DNA of 64,000 bases from Alphaproteobacteria bacterium (GTDB lineage Bacteria > Pseudomonadota > Alphaproteobacteria > MPNO01 > UBA830): assembly GCA_965243135.1 (NCBI GenBank), contig OZ251539.1:3072001-3136000 (forward strand), read 5' to 3'. The position numbers were made by a program, and so were the translations under genes. The notes under the pieces are model-generated. The model made no database searches, was not told the DNA's origin, and was given only the letters and a program-made list of their open reading frames with translations. Of this stretch, positions 17,975 to 28,099 are shown in pieces. Within the stretch, counting starts at the first letter, position 1. The number at the start of each line of letters is the position of its first letter.

Positions 17975-20900
17975 CTACCGTTCGATCCCCCTCAGGAGCC
18001 CCTTGAGCAGTTCGGCGGGATCGACTTCTCCCCCTCGCGGTTCCTGGAGCTGTTCGCGGTTGGGCGGATTGTCCGTTCGCTCCCTTCGTTCGGCGGACGG
18101 GGGCTTTTCGTCGCGGACGGCGTCGAGAACGCCTTTCAACAAATCTCCGGGCGCGACGGGCATCGGCAGTTTCGCGCCGCCGGGTCCGCGGATGATGCCG
18201 TCGATCAGGCCCTCCACGCCGCGCACCGGCAACCAGTCTTCGAGACTCTTGATGTCGGGAACCGCCTGAAGACGATCCGGCGGCCCGGTGATGCGTATCC
18301 CCAGCGGAGGCAGGACAGCCTGCCCCAACAGGCGCAATTGGACGGCGACGTCGAGCGTCCAGGCCGGCAAATCGAAGGATCCCTTCGCGCTGCTGGTTCC
18401 GGCGTCGGCGACCAGTTTCAGATCGTCGGTTCGGACCACTCCGTTGTCGACCGCGAACGTGCCGTCGAGCGCGCCGAATTCCGTCCGCTTCGCAGATCCG
18501 AGCGCCTCCGGCAGCTTCAAAACGCCTCCCGGATCCCGTAATAGTTCGCCGATTCTCGCAATATCGAATCCCTTCACTGCTCCGCCCTCGATGGCGACTT
18601 TGGCGTTCCCCCCGAGGGCCTTGACCATATCGAACTGCGACCGTCCGCGCGTGGCAAGCTCCGCGTTCAGGCTCACGGTTCCGACGGCGGCTCCCTCCGT
18701 CGCGTCCAGCTTCATCCTGTCGGCGACGATCGACGCCTGGGCCGCCGGAACGTCCCGCGCGTCCAGCACGCCCTTCAATTCGAAACTGCCGTCGAACATG
18801 GATCCGGACAGTCGTTCGACGATCAGGACCTTGTCTTTCACCGCGGCGCCGACGGCGACCTCTCCGACTCGAAGGTCGCCGCGCGCCAGCGCCTCCGCCC
18901 GAAAATCGAAATCGCCGTCGAACAGATCAAGAGCGTCGAGATTTATCGGCGTCCGAGACCAGCGCCCTTTGCCGGCCGGCGCCGCGCCGTCGGGACGAGG
19001 CTCCCCGCTCGACCCGCCTTTCGCGCCGGGCGTTTCTTCGCTGCGTTCCAGAAAGTCGTCCAGCGCGACCGTGCCCGCCTGGAGAGACAGTTCCAGTTCC
19101 GGACGCGGTTCCGACGCGCGATAGGAACCCGCCCCGGAGACGCTCGCCGCGCCGATCGCGCCTTGCAGCCGGTCGACCTTGATCGACTCTTCGTCGCCCG
19201 CGAGCCCGGCCGTCAGCGCGACGGCGCCGGAACGCGGATTGGCGGGATTGAACGCGGGATCGAAATTCCGGACCAGCCGGACGAAATCGGGATGCCGAAA
19301 GTCGACGTTGAGATCGAATTCGGGGGCGTCCATGGGCTTGAGGACGGTGCCCGCGACCTTGAAGGAAGCGTCCAGCGCGCCGATCTCCGCGTCCAGAGCG
19401 ACGTTGTCCATGTCGCCCTTCGCGGAAACCTTCAACTTCGCGCCTCCTGCCTGAATGGCGGTCTCGCGGTCGGTGAACAGCGCGACGAAGCGCGCGAGAT
19501 CCGGGTGCCCGCCGTCGAGTTGCAGGTCGAAGCCGGGCGTCGCGCCCGGGTCGGAGACGAACCCTCGAAGAGTCCCGCCGAATTCGGCGACTTCCACCTG
19601 GGCGTCGACGGAGACCCGTTCGGCGGCCGCTTCGACTTCGCCGGACAACCGGATGCGCCCCAGGCGTTCCGGCGGCACCGGAGATTCGACGTCGAACGCC
19701 GCCAGCAGGCCGCCCGGATCTTCCGACGCGGCCGAAACGGTTCCCTTGAAGGCCGGCGTTCCGTCAAGGCCGGTTAGCTTGCCTTGAACGCGCGCGCCGG
19801 CTCCGGCCAAGTTGCGGAGGCTGGCCTCGCGCACGGTCAATTCGCCGTTCAGCAACGTGCCGTCGAAGCGCACGCCCTGAACGGACGTTTCCCTGTAGAC
19901 GAAATTGCCGACTCGAATGGCCAGATTGGCGTCGAACTTCTCCATGAAGGACAGCGGACCGCGTTGCGGCGCTTCCTCCGGTTCCGCCTTCCTGTCGTCC
20001 GGCGCGGGCGATTCCTTTTCCTGCGGAGCGGAAACGTACGCGTCGGCGTTGAACTGGTCGACGTTGAGGCTGGCGCCGAACGAAAGGCGGTCCTGCAGCG
20101 CGAACGTCACGCCGCCTTCGAGGCGGGAAGCATCGAACTGCATGCGGACATTCTCGATCCGGAGTTGGGACAGATCGCCCGCTATATCCGCTTCCGCGGT
20201 CATGCGGCGCAGCCGGTCGGCCCCTATGCCGGACGGGGCGGCGTCGAACCAGTCCAGCAAGGCGCGCAGGTTGGCCGAACGGAACGACATCTTCCCCGCA
20301 TAGCGCAACGAGCCGCCTTCTTCGTCCGCCGTTCCGGCGAGGCCGAGTTCCGCGTCGCCGGGAAGCGACGCGGAGAGCTTCTCCAGCGACAATGCGCCCT
20401 CTTTCAGCGCAGCCGAAAAACGGACGTTTCGAAGCGGTCTTCCCCCCGCCTGGATCTCGTCGGCCGCAAGATCGACGTTCACCTCGACGTCGCGCGGCAA
20501 ACGAATTCCAGCGGCTTCTGTCTCGCCGTCGGCCTCCTGGCCGCCGTCCGGCCGCCCTCCGGGCTCCGCGCCGGGCGGCCGGGGTTCATTCAGGAACGAA
20601 TCGGCATCGATCCGCGCCGCATTCAGATCGACGTCGACGCGAAGCGCGTCGCCTGTCGCCACGCTCGCTTTTCCCGAAACCTCCGAATCTTTCAGCCGGA
20701 ACTTCAGATCGTTCAGCGCGATCCGTCCGTCGGCCGCGACGACGTCGGCCTTGAAGGAGTACGGGAGGTCGGGCGTTTCCCGGGCCTCGCGGCCGGACAG
20801 CAGAGCCACCAGGGTCCGAAGGCTTTCCCCCTCGCCGTCAACCTCGGCCGACGCCCCGGAAGCGGAAGCTGTCCCCTTGGCGGAAACTACCGCCCCGCCG

Positions 20901-21571
20901 ACGCGCGCGCCGAGCGAAACGGGAACCGGAGGCCCATCGGCAATCCGTCCGACCGTCGCGTCGAACGTCAGGGGCGCGCCGCGGGCGATCATGCTTCCGC
21001 TCACGCTGAACGGACCGGAGAGAGACTCCGCCGCAACCTCGGCCGACAATCCCTCGATCTTCTCCGCCGCGCGGCCGTCGCGGTAGAAGACCGCCCCGTT
21101 CGTGACGGTCAGCCGGTTCACGCGAAACGCGAAGCCGGAAGGGGGGCCGAACCCGCGCTCCGGCCCCTGCCGGGAAACGGCGGCCGAGGCAAGATTCCAG
21201 TTCGCGCGACCGTCGGGCAACCGCTCCAGATGGATCTCCGGCTGAACGATCTCGATATGCGCGACTTCAAGGCGACCTCGGAGCAACGGCGCGATCTTGA
21301 TCCTGATCCTGAGAGCGCGGAGCGTGGCCATGTCGGCGCGGGCGGCGCCGCGCGCATTCGAAAGCCGCGCGTTGAAGGCCGTCAGGCGCGGCGCCGGAAG
21401 CACGTCGAGATCGAGGTCGCCGTCGATCGCCAACGTCCGACCGATCGCCTTTTCCACTTCCGCGGAGATCCGCGGCTTGTACGCGTTCCAGTCGATCAGA
21501 TCCGGCAGGATAAAAACCGTTCCCGCCAACAGGGCGACCAGAACCAGCAAGCCGTACGCCAATTTCTTCAT
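17975..21571 (-). CDS. AsmA family protein
   Basis: N-terminal TM, IDWNAYK..I...VEKAIGR, beta-rich body, C-terminal AsmA-like region. Confidence 0.85.
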   Translation of the reverse strand: MKKLAYGLLVLVALLAGTVFILPDLIDWNAYKPRISAEVEKAIGRTLAIDGDLDLDVLPAPRLTAFNARLSNARGAARADMATLRALRIRIKIAPLLRGRLEVAHIEIVQPEIHLERLPDGRANWNLASAAVSRQGPERGFGPPSGFAFRVNRLTVTNGAVFYRDGRAAEKIEGLSAEVAAESLSGPFSVSGSMIARGAPLTFDATVGRIADGPPVPVSLGARVGGAVVSAKGTASASGASAEVDGEGESLRTLVALLSGREARETPDLPYSFKADVVAADGRIALNDLKFRLKDSEVSGKASVATGDALRVDVDLNAARIDADSFLNEPRPPGAEPGGRPDGGQEADGETEAAGIRLPRDVEVNVDLAADEIQAGGRPLRNVRFSAALKEGALSLEKLSASLPGDAELGLAGTADEEGGSLRYAGKMSFRSANLRALLDWFDAAPSGIGADRLRRMTAEADIAGDLSQLRIENVRMQFDASRLEGGVTFALQDRLSFGASLNVDQFNADAYVSAPQEKESPAPDDRKAEPEEAPQRGPLSFMEKFDANLAIRVGNFVYRETSVQGVRFDGTLLNGELTVREASLRNLAGAGARVQGKLTGLDGTPAFKGTVSAASEDPGGLLAAFDVESPVPPERLGRIRLSGEVEAAAERVSVDAQVEVAEFGGTLRGFVSDPGATPGFDLQLDGGHPDLARFVALFTDRETAIQAGGAKLKVSAKGDMDNVALDAEIGALDASFKVAGTVLKPMDAPEFDLNVDFRHPDFVRLVRNFDPAFNPANPRSGAVALTAGLAGDEESIKVDRLQGAIGAASVSGAGSYRASEPRPELELSLQAGTVALDDFLERSEETPGAKGGSSGEPRPDGAAPAGKGRWSRTPINLDALDLFDGDFDFRAEALARGDLRVGEVAVGAAVKDKVLIVERLSGSMFDGSFELKGVLDARDVPAAQASIVADRMKLDATEGAAVGTVSLNAELATRGRSQFDMVKALGGNAKVAIEGGAVKGFDIARIGELLRDPGGVLKLPEALGSAKRTEFGALDGTFAVDNGVVRTDDLKLVADAGTSSAKGSFDLPAWTLDVAVQLRLLGQAVLPPLGIRITGPPDRLQAVPDIKSLEDWLPVRGVEGLIDGIIRGPGGAKLPMPVAPGDLLKGVLDAVRDEKPPSAERRERTDNPPNREQLQEPRGGEVDPAELLKGLLRGIER

Positions 21572-21704
21572 CGTTCATCCGCCCGCGAGCCGGAGGCGCC
21601 ATCCCCCGGCCGAGAACGAACACACGGAGAGCGATGGCGAAAATCGCCGGCGAGCCGCGGCCGTTCTTCGACCCGGAACGCTTCCGGCGGCTCCCGGCAG
21701 GACC

Positions 21705-22481
21705 TCATTCGCAAACCACTCCGTCCCCGTCCGCGTCGCGCATGAAGGGGTACGCGGGATGGCCGCGCCGCACGGGCGCGATGCCGTGACGCCGCGCTTC
21801 CCGGCAACTGATTCGTCCGTTGCGGTTGTCGTCCCAGCGCTCCGGCGCGGCGCTGGAAGGCCGGTCTTTCCGCGAGGGGGGCGCAGGCGCCGCGACAGCG
21901 TCGCCCAGAACCAGTTCGGTCGAGGCGCAAGCGGAAAGAACCCTTTCGAGAGCGTTCGCTTCGCGCCGGTCGATCGTAAGGCCGTATTTGAGCCGCACCT
22001 GAAGAACGCGGTCCGCAAACCAGCAACGGTTCATCGGCGGCATCCAGTCGGCTGCGTCGTGGTGCCGCTTCAGTCTGCGGTTCACGCGTGGCCCGGCGAG
22101 CGTGAGGTTGAGAAGATCGGAAGCGAAACGCCGCCGGGTCGCGGCGTCGGCCGCGCACAGGCCGCTGTCATGGGCCTCCGACACGGCCACCATGTGTTCG
22201 ATATCCGTGTCGCGCGGCCCCGAAAACCTGCGTCCCGTGTACGGTCCGAAATAGCCCCCCAGACGGGCCGCGATCCGCCTCTCGACGGATTGCGAGTAGG
22301 GATAGTCGCGGCGGTTGTAGGGCGAGCAACGGTTTTCGGGGGCAACGACGAGGCCGCGCCAGCTCTCGGCGGCGGCGGGAACGGGAAGCGTCCAGACGGC
22401 AGTTGCGAAGAGCGCGGCAAGAAAAGGAACTCGCAATCGATTGACGCGCGCTTCGTTCCGGAAATCGGTCTGACGGATCAT
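21705..22481 (-). CDS. Secreted HNH (DUF1524-like) nuclease with C-terminal Excalibur Ca-binding domain
   Basis: Signal peptide, DIEHMVA.SEAHDSG, NLTLA..VNR.K, DDNRNGRISC.EAR, RDADGDGVVCE. Start uncertain. Confidence 0.8.
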   Translation of the reverse strand: MIRQTDFRNEARVNRLRVPFLAALFATAVWTLPVPAAAESWRGLVVAPENRCSPYNRRDYPYSQSVERRIAARLGGYFGPYTGRRFSGPRDTDIEHMVAVSEAHDSGLCAADAATRRRFASDLLNLTLAGPRVNRRLKRHHDAADWMPPMNRCWFADRVLQVRLKYGLTIDRREANALERVLSACASTELVLGDAVAAPAPPSRKDRPSSAAPERWDDNRNGRISCREARRHGIAPVRRGHPAYPFMRDADGDGVVCE

Positions 22482-22670
22482 GAATTCCTCGCTTCTGCCG
22501 ACCGAATAATAACCCGAAACGCGCCTCGGACGAAATATGCCGACATGACGCCGGAAGAGGTTGCGGGGCTTTCGAACGTCGCGGCTCCTTGACTCGCCTG
22601 CCGCGCCGTTCCGATACTGCTCTCGCGGCAGAGATTGCCGAGCGCCAGCGTTGCACTTCAGGATCAAGAA

Positions 22671-23078
22671 ATGCCGACTAATGGAACGTCGCCGTTCGGT
22701 GCGGGAGGGCTTGAAGAGGCCCTCGAAGAACTGGAACGGATTGACGAGGAGGCCGGGGAAGAAGGATACCCTCCGGTTTCCGATCAAGCCAAAAGCGAAG
22801 CGCGACGCTTGCTGCATGCAGCAGGAACCTTTCCTGTCGAGCCTTCCGTGTATCCGTCGATAGACGGAGGAGTCGCAATATATTTCAAGTCGCCGACCAT
22901 GCCATCGGCGATTCTCGTTCTCGTTGAGAATAGCGGACACGCAGCTTGTTATGCTTCTATCCGCGATAAAATGGAACGCAAGGCTTACCGGAATTCATTG
23001 GAACTTCCGGATGAATTTCTGGAAACGCGACTACGCTCGCTGTGCGGATTTCCTCGACCGCACAAGCCCGGAGAGTGA
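22671..23078 (+). CDS. Hypothetical protein
   Basis: Protein-like ORF with lower GC (EEALEEL..GYPP..PSVYPSIDGGVAIYF); start uncertain. Confidence 0.55.
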   Translation: MPTNGTSPFGAGGLEEALEELERIDEEAGEEGYPPVSDQAKSEARRLLHAAGTFPVEPSVYPSIDGGVAIYFKSPTMPSAILVLVENSGHAACYASIRDKMERKAYRNSLELPDEFLETRLRSLCGFPRPHKPGE

Positions 23079-23254
23079 CGAGGCTTCGTCCAGTATCCGA
23101 CGCCTCGGCCGAAGCGCATTTCCGGCGTTATCGGCAAAGACGACCACGCTGTCGACAGTCCCGCCCAAGAGGTCTCATGCAATGGACGATCGCGTTTACG
23201 TCCGAGGGACGGACCAGGAATTTTGTCGAACCGGCGAAGGAATTTCCGGCCCGC

Positions 23255-24145
23255 CTACTCCTTCGCAGGCGCCTTAAACACCTGCTCCGCGTGCCATTCG
23301 ATATGTTTCTTCGCAGGAAAATACGATTGTCTCTGAGGAGAGTTTATCTTTGCGCGGTGAAAACGCCCCAGCCATTCCCGCGAACCCGAACCGTGAACGC
23401 GTTCCGACACAAGTATGTTCAATCGATCCGATAGCCTGAACGCTCCCCGGTCGAACAGCTGATGGTGCAAGGTGCAAAGCGCCAGTCCGTTGTCCTCCGT
23501 ATCGGGACCGTCGGCTTGGCGCCACCTGATGTGCGCCGCATTCAGTCCGACAGCGGAATTTCCAATCCTCATATCGAAGCCGCATACGGCGCACCGGTAC
23601 TCATAGGCCCTCAAGACGTTCTCGCGGAAACCGTCCCAACGCCTGTCCCGCTGCGTGGCTTCGGGAGAATCGATTGGAGAATCGAATTCTATGCCGACAG
23701 CCAACATGATGTCGTCATGATACGACAATGGAAAATGCGCGTTCAGGAGGTCGCGGACGATCCGCTGGGCCAGCACCGGGTCTTTCCGGATTTCATCGGC
23801 GATTTCCCGGGTAAATCCGCCGCTGGTCGGAGCCAAGTCCCTTTTGCTTACGTCCCCGCTCGCATTCTCGACTATCCCGTCGACATTCGTGACCTTCCAC
23901 AGCCTGTCTTTCCTCATCCGCCAATACGGGTATTGGGTGCGATCCGAGCCTGGCGTGCCGAACTCGCGCAACAGTTCTCGCAAGCGCGCGTCGACCTCCG
24001 GATAGGGAGTCAACCGCTCCCCGCCCTGCAACAACTTTCCGATCGCATACAGAACGAGCAACGGCTTGTGAGGCGCCCTTCGCCCATCCTTCGTGCTCCC
24101 TATATTCAGAGCAGCGAACTTCTCGATGACCGACTGTCTATCCAT
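23255..24145 (-). CDS. SBD-HNH phosphorothioate-dependent restriction endonuclease
   Basis: RAPHKPLLVL and YPYWRM sulfur-binding-domain motifs; CAVCG, AAHI..NGLALCTLHHQLFDRG HNH. Confidence 0.85.
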   Translation of the reverse strand: MDRQSVIEKFAALNIGSTKDGRRAPHKPLLVLYAIGKLLQGGERLTPYPEVDARLRELLREFGTPGSDRTQYPYWRMRKDRLWKVTNVDGIVENASGDVSKRDLAPTSGGFTREIADEIRKDPVLAQRIVRDLLNAHFPLSYHDDIMLAVGIEFDSPIDSPEATQRDRRWDGFRENVLRAYEYRCAVCGFDMRIGNSAVGLNAAHIRWRQADGPDTEDNGLALCTLHHQLFDRGAFRLSDRLNILVSERVHGSGSREWLGRFHRAKINSPQRQSYFPAKKHIEWHAEQVFKAPAKE

Positions 24146-24307
24146 CGCTCGACCCGCAAGACGGGAAGGACGGATATTCGCGCGTTCGCGGCGGCGCTCG
24201 CATCCTCGCCCCTATCGCCGGCCGCGTCATTCGGGCGCGCTCGCCGATTCCGTCGGCGGAGCGCTTCCGTTCCGCGGCGAACCCGAAAAACGGCATCCCG
24301 TCATTCC

Positions 24308-25693
24308 TCATACGCGCACCACCTTTCCCGGATTCATCAGATTGAGCGGATCCAGAGCGGTTTTCAAGCTTCGCATGAGATCCACCGCCTCGCCGTGCTC
24401 GGCGCGCAGATCGTCGATCTTCCCGTATCCGACCCCGTGCTCCCCGGTGCAGGTTCCTTCCATCTCGAGCGCGCGCGCGACCAGTCTTTCGTTGAGGGCG
24501 CGGGCGCGGGAGACCTCTTCGGCGTCGCCGGGATCCAGCACCATGTCGACATGGAAATTGCCGTCGCCGACATGGCCGACGATGGGCGCGAGCAACCCGG
24601 ACTCCTCGATGTCGCGGCGGGTCTCGGATATGCATTCCGCCAAGCGCGAAATCGGAACGCAAACGTCCGTCGGCCACGCCCTGGCGCCGGGCCGCAGCTG
24701 CATGTTGGCGTAGTGCGCGTCGTGCCGCGCCTGCCAGAGCCGGTTGCGGTCCTCGGGCTTCGACGCCCAGGAAAAGTCGTCGCCGCCCAGTTCGTCGCTG
24801 ATCGCGCGCACGCTCTCGATCTGCTCGGCGACGCCGGAAACGGAGCCGTGGAACTCGAAGAACAGCGTGGGGCGCTCGGGATAACCGAGGCCGGAAAAGT
24901 TGTTCAACGCCCGCATCTGCATCTCGTCGACGAGTTCGATCCGGGCGATCGGCACCCCGGCCTGGATCGTCCGAATGACGGTCCGCACGGCATCATCGAC
25001 CGTCGGATACGTGCAGGTCGCCGCCGAAATCGTCTCCGGAATGCCGTAGAGGCGCAACGTCGCCTCCACGATAATTCCCAGCGTCCCTTCCGAGCCGATG
25101 AAAAGCCGCGTCAGATCGTAACCAGCCGACGACTTGCGGGCGCGCGACCCGGTGCGAATCATGCGGCCGTCCGCGAGCACCACCCCGAGCGACAGCACGT
25201 TGTCGCGCATCGTCCCGTAACGCACCGCGTTGGTCCCCGAAGCGCGAGTGGCCGTCATGCCGCCCAGCGTCGCGTCGGCGCCGGGGTCGATGGGAAAGAA
25301 CAGACCCGTATCGCGCAGATGGGCGTTGAGTTGCTTGCGGGTCACGCCCGGCTCCACCGTGACGTCGAGGTCGTCGGTGTTGACGCGCAGTACCGCGTTC
25401 ATCCGGCCGACGTCGACGCAGACCCCCCCGTGCAGCGCGGCGATATGGCCTTCGAGCGAGGTGCCGACGCCGAACGGTATGACAGGCGTGCGGTGATCGC
25501 GGCAGATGCGAACGATCTCCGCGACCTCGGCGGACGTCTCGGGAAACACCACCGCATCGGGCGCCATGGGCTTGTGATAGGATTCATCCGCGCCGTGCCG
25601 CTCGCGGACCGACGGATTCGTCGTCAGCCGGTCGCCGAATCGCTGGCCGAGGACCTCGACCGCGGTACGGATCGCTGCTGCTCCGTCCATCAA
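24308..25693 (-). CDS. FAD-linked oxidase, D-lactate dehydrogenase (cytochrome)-like
   Basis: PFGVGTSLEGH, DPGADATLGGM, GSEGTLG, GHVGDGNFH, GEHGVG, MNPGK. Confidence 0.92.
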   Translation of the reverse strand: MMDGAAAIRTAVEVLGQRFGDRLTTNPSVRERHGADESYHKPMAPDAVVFPETSAEVAEIVRICRDHRTPVIPFGVGTSLEGHIAALHGGVCVDVGRMNAVLRVNTDDLDVTVEPGVTRKQLNAHLRDTGLFFPIDPGADATLGGMTATRASGTNAVRYGTMRDNVLSLGVVLADGRMIRTGSRARKSSAGYDLTRLFIGSEGTLGIIVEATLRLYGIPETISAATCTYPTVDDAVRTVIRTIQAGVPIARIELVDEMQMRALNNFSGLGYPERPTLFFEFHGSVSGVAEQIESVRAISDELGGDDFSWASKPEDRNRLWQARHDAHYANMQLRPGARAWPTDVCVPISRLAECISETRRDIEESGLLAPIVGHVGDGNFHVDMVLDPGDAEEVSRARALNERLVARALEMEGTCTGEHGVGYGKIDDLRAEHGEAVDLMRSLKTALDPLNLMNPGKVVRV

Positions 25694-25805
25694 ATTCTCC
25701 TCCCTCGCGAATTCTCGATTTATCCGCTCCGGCCCGCCCAGTCGTCATCCCGTCGAAACGAACCGGGAATCCTTTCGGCTCCTCTGCGGTCGCCCGGATT
25801 CTTGA

Positions 25806-26210
25806 CTATATCAGCAAAATTTCTCCGGATCCGCAAACGAAAAATTTATGTATCGAAAGCATCGTCAAGCAAGCCAGAGGAACGGAGAGCGCCAATATGC
25901 AAAAAACGAGGAGCTCGGGCCAAATTCCGATCATCCGTCCGTTGCCCGTTGCAAACGTCGATATTGCGAAACCGAAAGAACGCCTGATATTCGTCCCCAT
26001 TTCTTGATTCCATTGCACGATACCGCGCATTTCGCATTTCGTCTTTGAATAGTGTCGAGCGCTGCCGCACCATCGGACGCCCGGAACGCATATAGAGCAA
26101 AATTTTTACGCCGCTTATCCAAAAGCATCGCAGAAGGTCCGCCCCAGACGCCGAAGAAAAGGGCGAACGCCGTTTCAAGAAACGAGGTATAAATTGATTC
26201 GGCACGACAC
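25806..26210 (-). pseudogene. Probable frameshifted small membrane protein
   Basis: Hydrophobic segments in different frames (YTSFLETAFALFFGVWGG; IWPELLVFCILALSVPLACLTML); low GC; directly after 26219-26839. Confidence 0.35.
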
Positions 26211-26218
26211 CCTTCTTA

Positions 26219-26839
26219 TCAATCCGGTATGGAAACCAGAGGTTCGCCGCCATCGAACAGTATACGGTCGAAAACTTGAGACAGCTTTCCAGCTGTCTTC
26301 TTGTCGCCAAAATTGACGTGAGCTTTGAACTTCTCGGGGTCAGTCTCCAAACGATAAGCCCGCTCGTCAATGATTACCATATGATGACAGAACTTCTCCC
26401 TTCGAAGAAATCTAATATTGTCTTTCCGGGCTCTGCGAACTCTGAACCCGCCGCCCATCCGACCTTCGTCCCGAAGCCCGTACGCCGTATCGATCATTGG
26501 ATGATCCTCCATTCGTTGTCCCTCCATCAAATCGATAGGATTTTCTAAAACAATCCTCATGTCGGTACCGGATCTCGACAGGAAATTCCTGACTGCGGCC
26601 ACGACATGCGAATCGCCATATATTTTAAGTTCGTCCGTACGCTGCTTGAGCGTCCCCGAAAACAAACGCACCGTATTCTTCGCTTTTCTCAGAAATTCTT
26701 CGATCAGATAAATCGCATGTATCGGGCGGCCATTCTTGACGACGACATTGGCGCCCTCGTCAAGCATCCGTTCTACATAGTCAAAGTAGAAGCGCTCCGA
26801 TTCAGTCCACGTTTCCTTGTCGAAAGGACTAATTTGCAT
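26219..26839 (-). CDS. Hypothetical protein, possibly a degenerate PLD-like fold
   Basis: Low-GC ORF; AKNTVRLFSG, HHMVIIDERAYRLE, VNF. Confidence 0.7.
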   Translation of the reverse strand: MQISPFDKETWTESERFYFDYVERMLDEGANVVVKNGRPIHAIYLIEEFLRKAKNTVRLFSGTLKQRTDELKIYGDSHVVAAVRNFLSRSGTDMRIVLENPIDLMEGQRMEDHPMIDTAYGLRDEGRMGGGFRVRRARKDNIRFLRREKFCHHMVIIDERAYRLETDPEKFKAHVNFGDKKTAGKLSQVFDRILFDGGEPLVSIPD

Positions 26840-27308
26840 TGTTCGCCCCGTCGTTGTTCAGCAGTCTAAACAATTCGTTCAGTCGACTGTCGCCTTTCGA
26901 GGCTGCACGGTTCCAATGCCTCAGTATTTCCACGAGCCGTCACCGCTCGCGTATACCGCAGATATAGGATCGACTTCCTGCGATTCAAGTAAAATAAATC
27001 AGACGTTTTCGTGTCAAGCGCGCCGCAAGGACATTCGAAGCGAGCTCCGATACGGAGCCGGTCCCTTGCCGGGTGCGCGTCCGATTTACGCCTCTGCCGC
27101 TTGAACGGAAACGCCCGCGCCGTCCAACGCGAAGGACAAACGGCGCGTCGGCGCTGCGCGACGGCCGACGGCCACGGCGGCGCCCAACTCCCTGCCACTA
27201 TGTCGCCCTCTGCAAAGGGAGCGCGGCCGGTACGCGGCGGGTTGACTACGGAGTGTCTCGAAAATCGCGCCGGCAGCGGCGCAGGGCCCGACCGGGGCTT
27301 CCGGGTCG

Positions 27309-28097
27309 CTACGGTTGCGCTCTCATGCTTTCGGACAGCAGGTCCGAGACGAACATGTAACCCGGGGCGTGGGTGATCGCCAGTCCCGGACGGGCGTTCG
27401 CGATCGCCTCCTGGGGCGTTACGCCGCACGCCCAGAAGACCGGAATCTCGCCGTCCTCCACGGTGACCGGCAGGCCGTAATCCGGCTTTTGGATGTCGCG
27501 GATTCCCAGCGCCGCAGGCTCGCCGATCCGGAGAGGGGATCCATGGGCCATCGGATAGGCAGCGGTAACCTCCGCCGCGCGAACCGCGTCCGCCGGGCTG
27601 TAGGGGCGCATGCTGACGACCAGAGGCCCTGCGAACCTGCCGGCGGGGACGGCCGGTTGCTCGGTGCGGAACATGGGCACGATTCCGCTTTCCCTGATAT
27701 GGCGCGGCTCGAGCCCGGCCGCGGCAAGAGCCTCCTCCGCCGTAAAGGAACATCCCAGAAGAAAAGTCACGAGGTCCTCGCGCCACAGATCGAGAATCTC
27801 CGATGCCTCGCCGACGGGCGCGCCGTCGCGAAAGACGCGGTATCGCGGCAGGTCGGTCCGCACGTCCGCCCCCGGCGCGCACGACCGGGGTTCCGGATTG
27901 CCGGCCTCGAGAATCTCGAGCACGGGGCACGGTTTCGGATTGCGCCGGCAGAACAGTTCGAAGTCTCCGGCGTCGGCCGCCGGAAGGATGACCATGTTGG
28001 CCTGAACGTATCCGCGGGCGTGGCCGGAGGTCGGCCCGTCGTATTCCCCCGCGCGGCAAGCGGCCCGCAACGTCGCCGGAACGGCATGAAATTCCAT
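27309..28097 (-). CDS. DUF1445 putative hydro-lyase / D-glutamate cyclase-like protein
   Basis: GYVQAN, RNPKPCP, DVRTDLPRY, FLLGCSF, VVSMRP, HGSP, PVFWACGVTPQ, THAPGYMFVSD. Confidence 0.9.
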   Translation of the reverse strand: MEFHAVPATLRAACRAGEYDGPTSGHARGYVQANMVILPAADAGDFELFCRRNPKPCPVLEILEAGNPEPRSCAPGADVRTDLPRYRVFRDGAPVGEASEILDLWREDLVTFLLGCSFTAEEALAAAGLEPRHIRESGIVPMFRTEQPAVPAGRFAGPLVVSMRPYSPADAVRAAEVTAAYPMAHGSPLRIGEPAALGIRDIQKPDYGLPVTVEDGEIPVFWACGVTPQEAIANARPGLAITHAPGYMFVSDLLSESMRAQP

Positions 28098-28099
28098 CG

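Noticed and set aside
27180-27265. Possible IS end or omega-RNA-like sequence (gggttgactacgg, tgccactatgtcgcc)
   Set aside because: No partner inverted repeat, transposase or IscB/TnpB ORF nearby.
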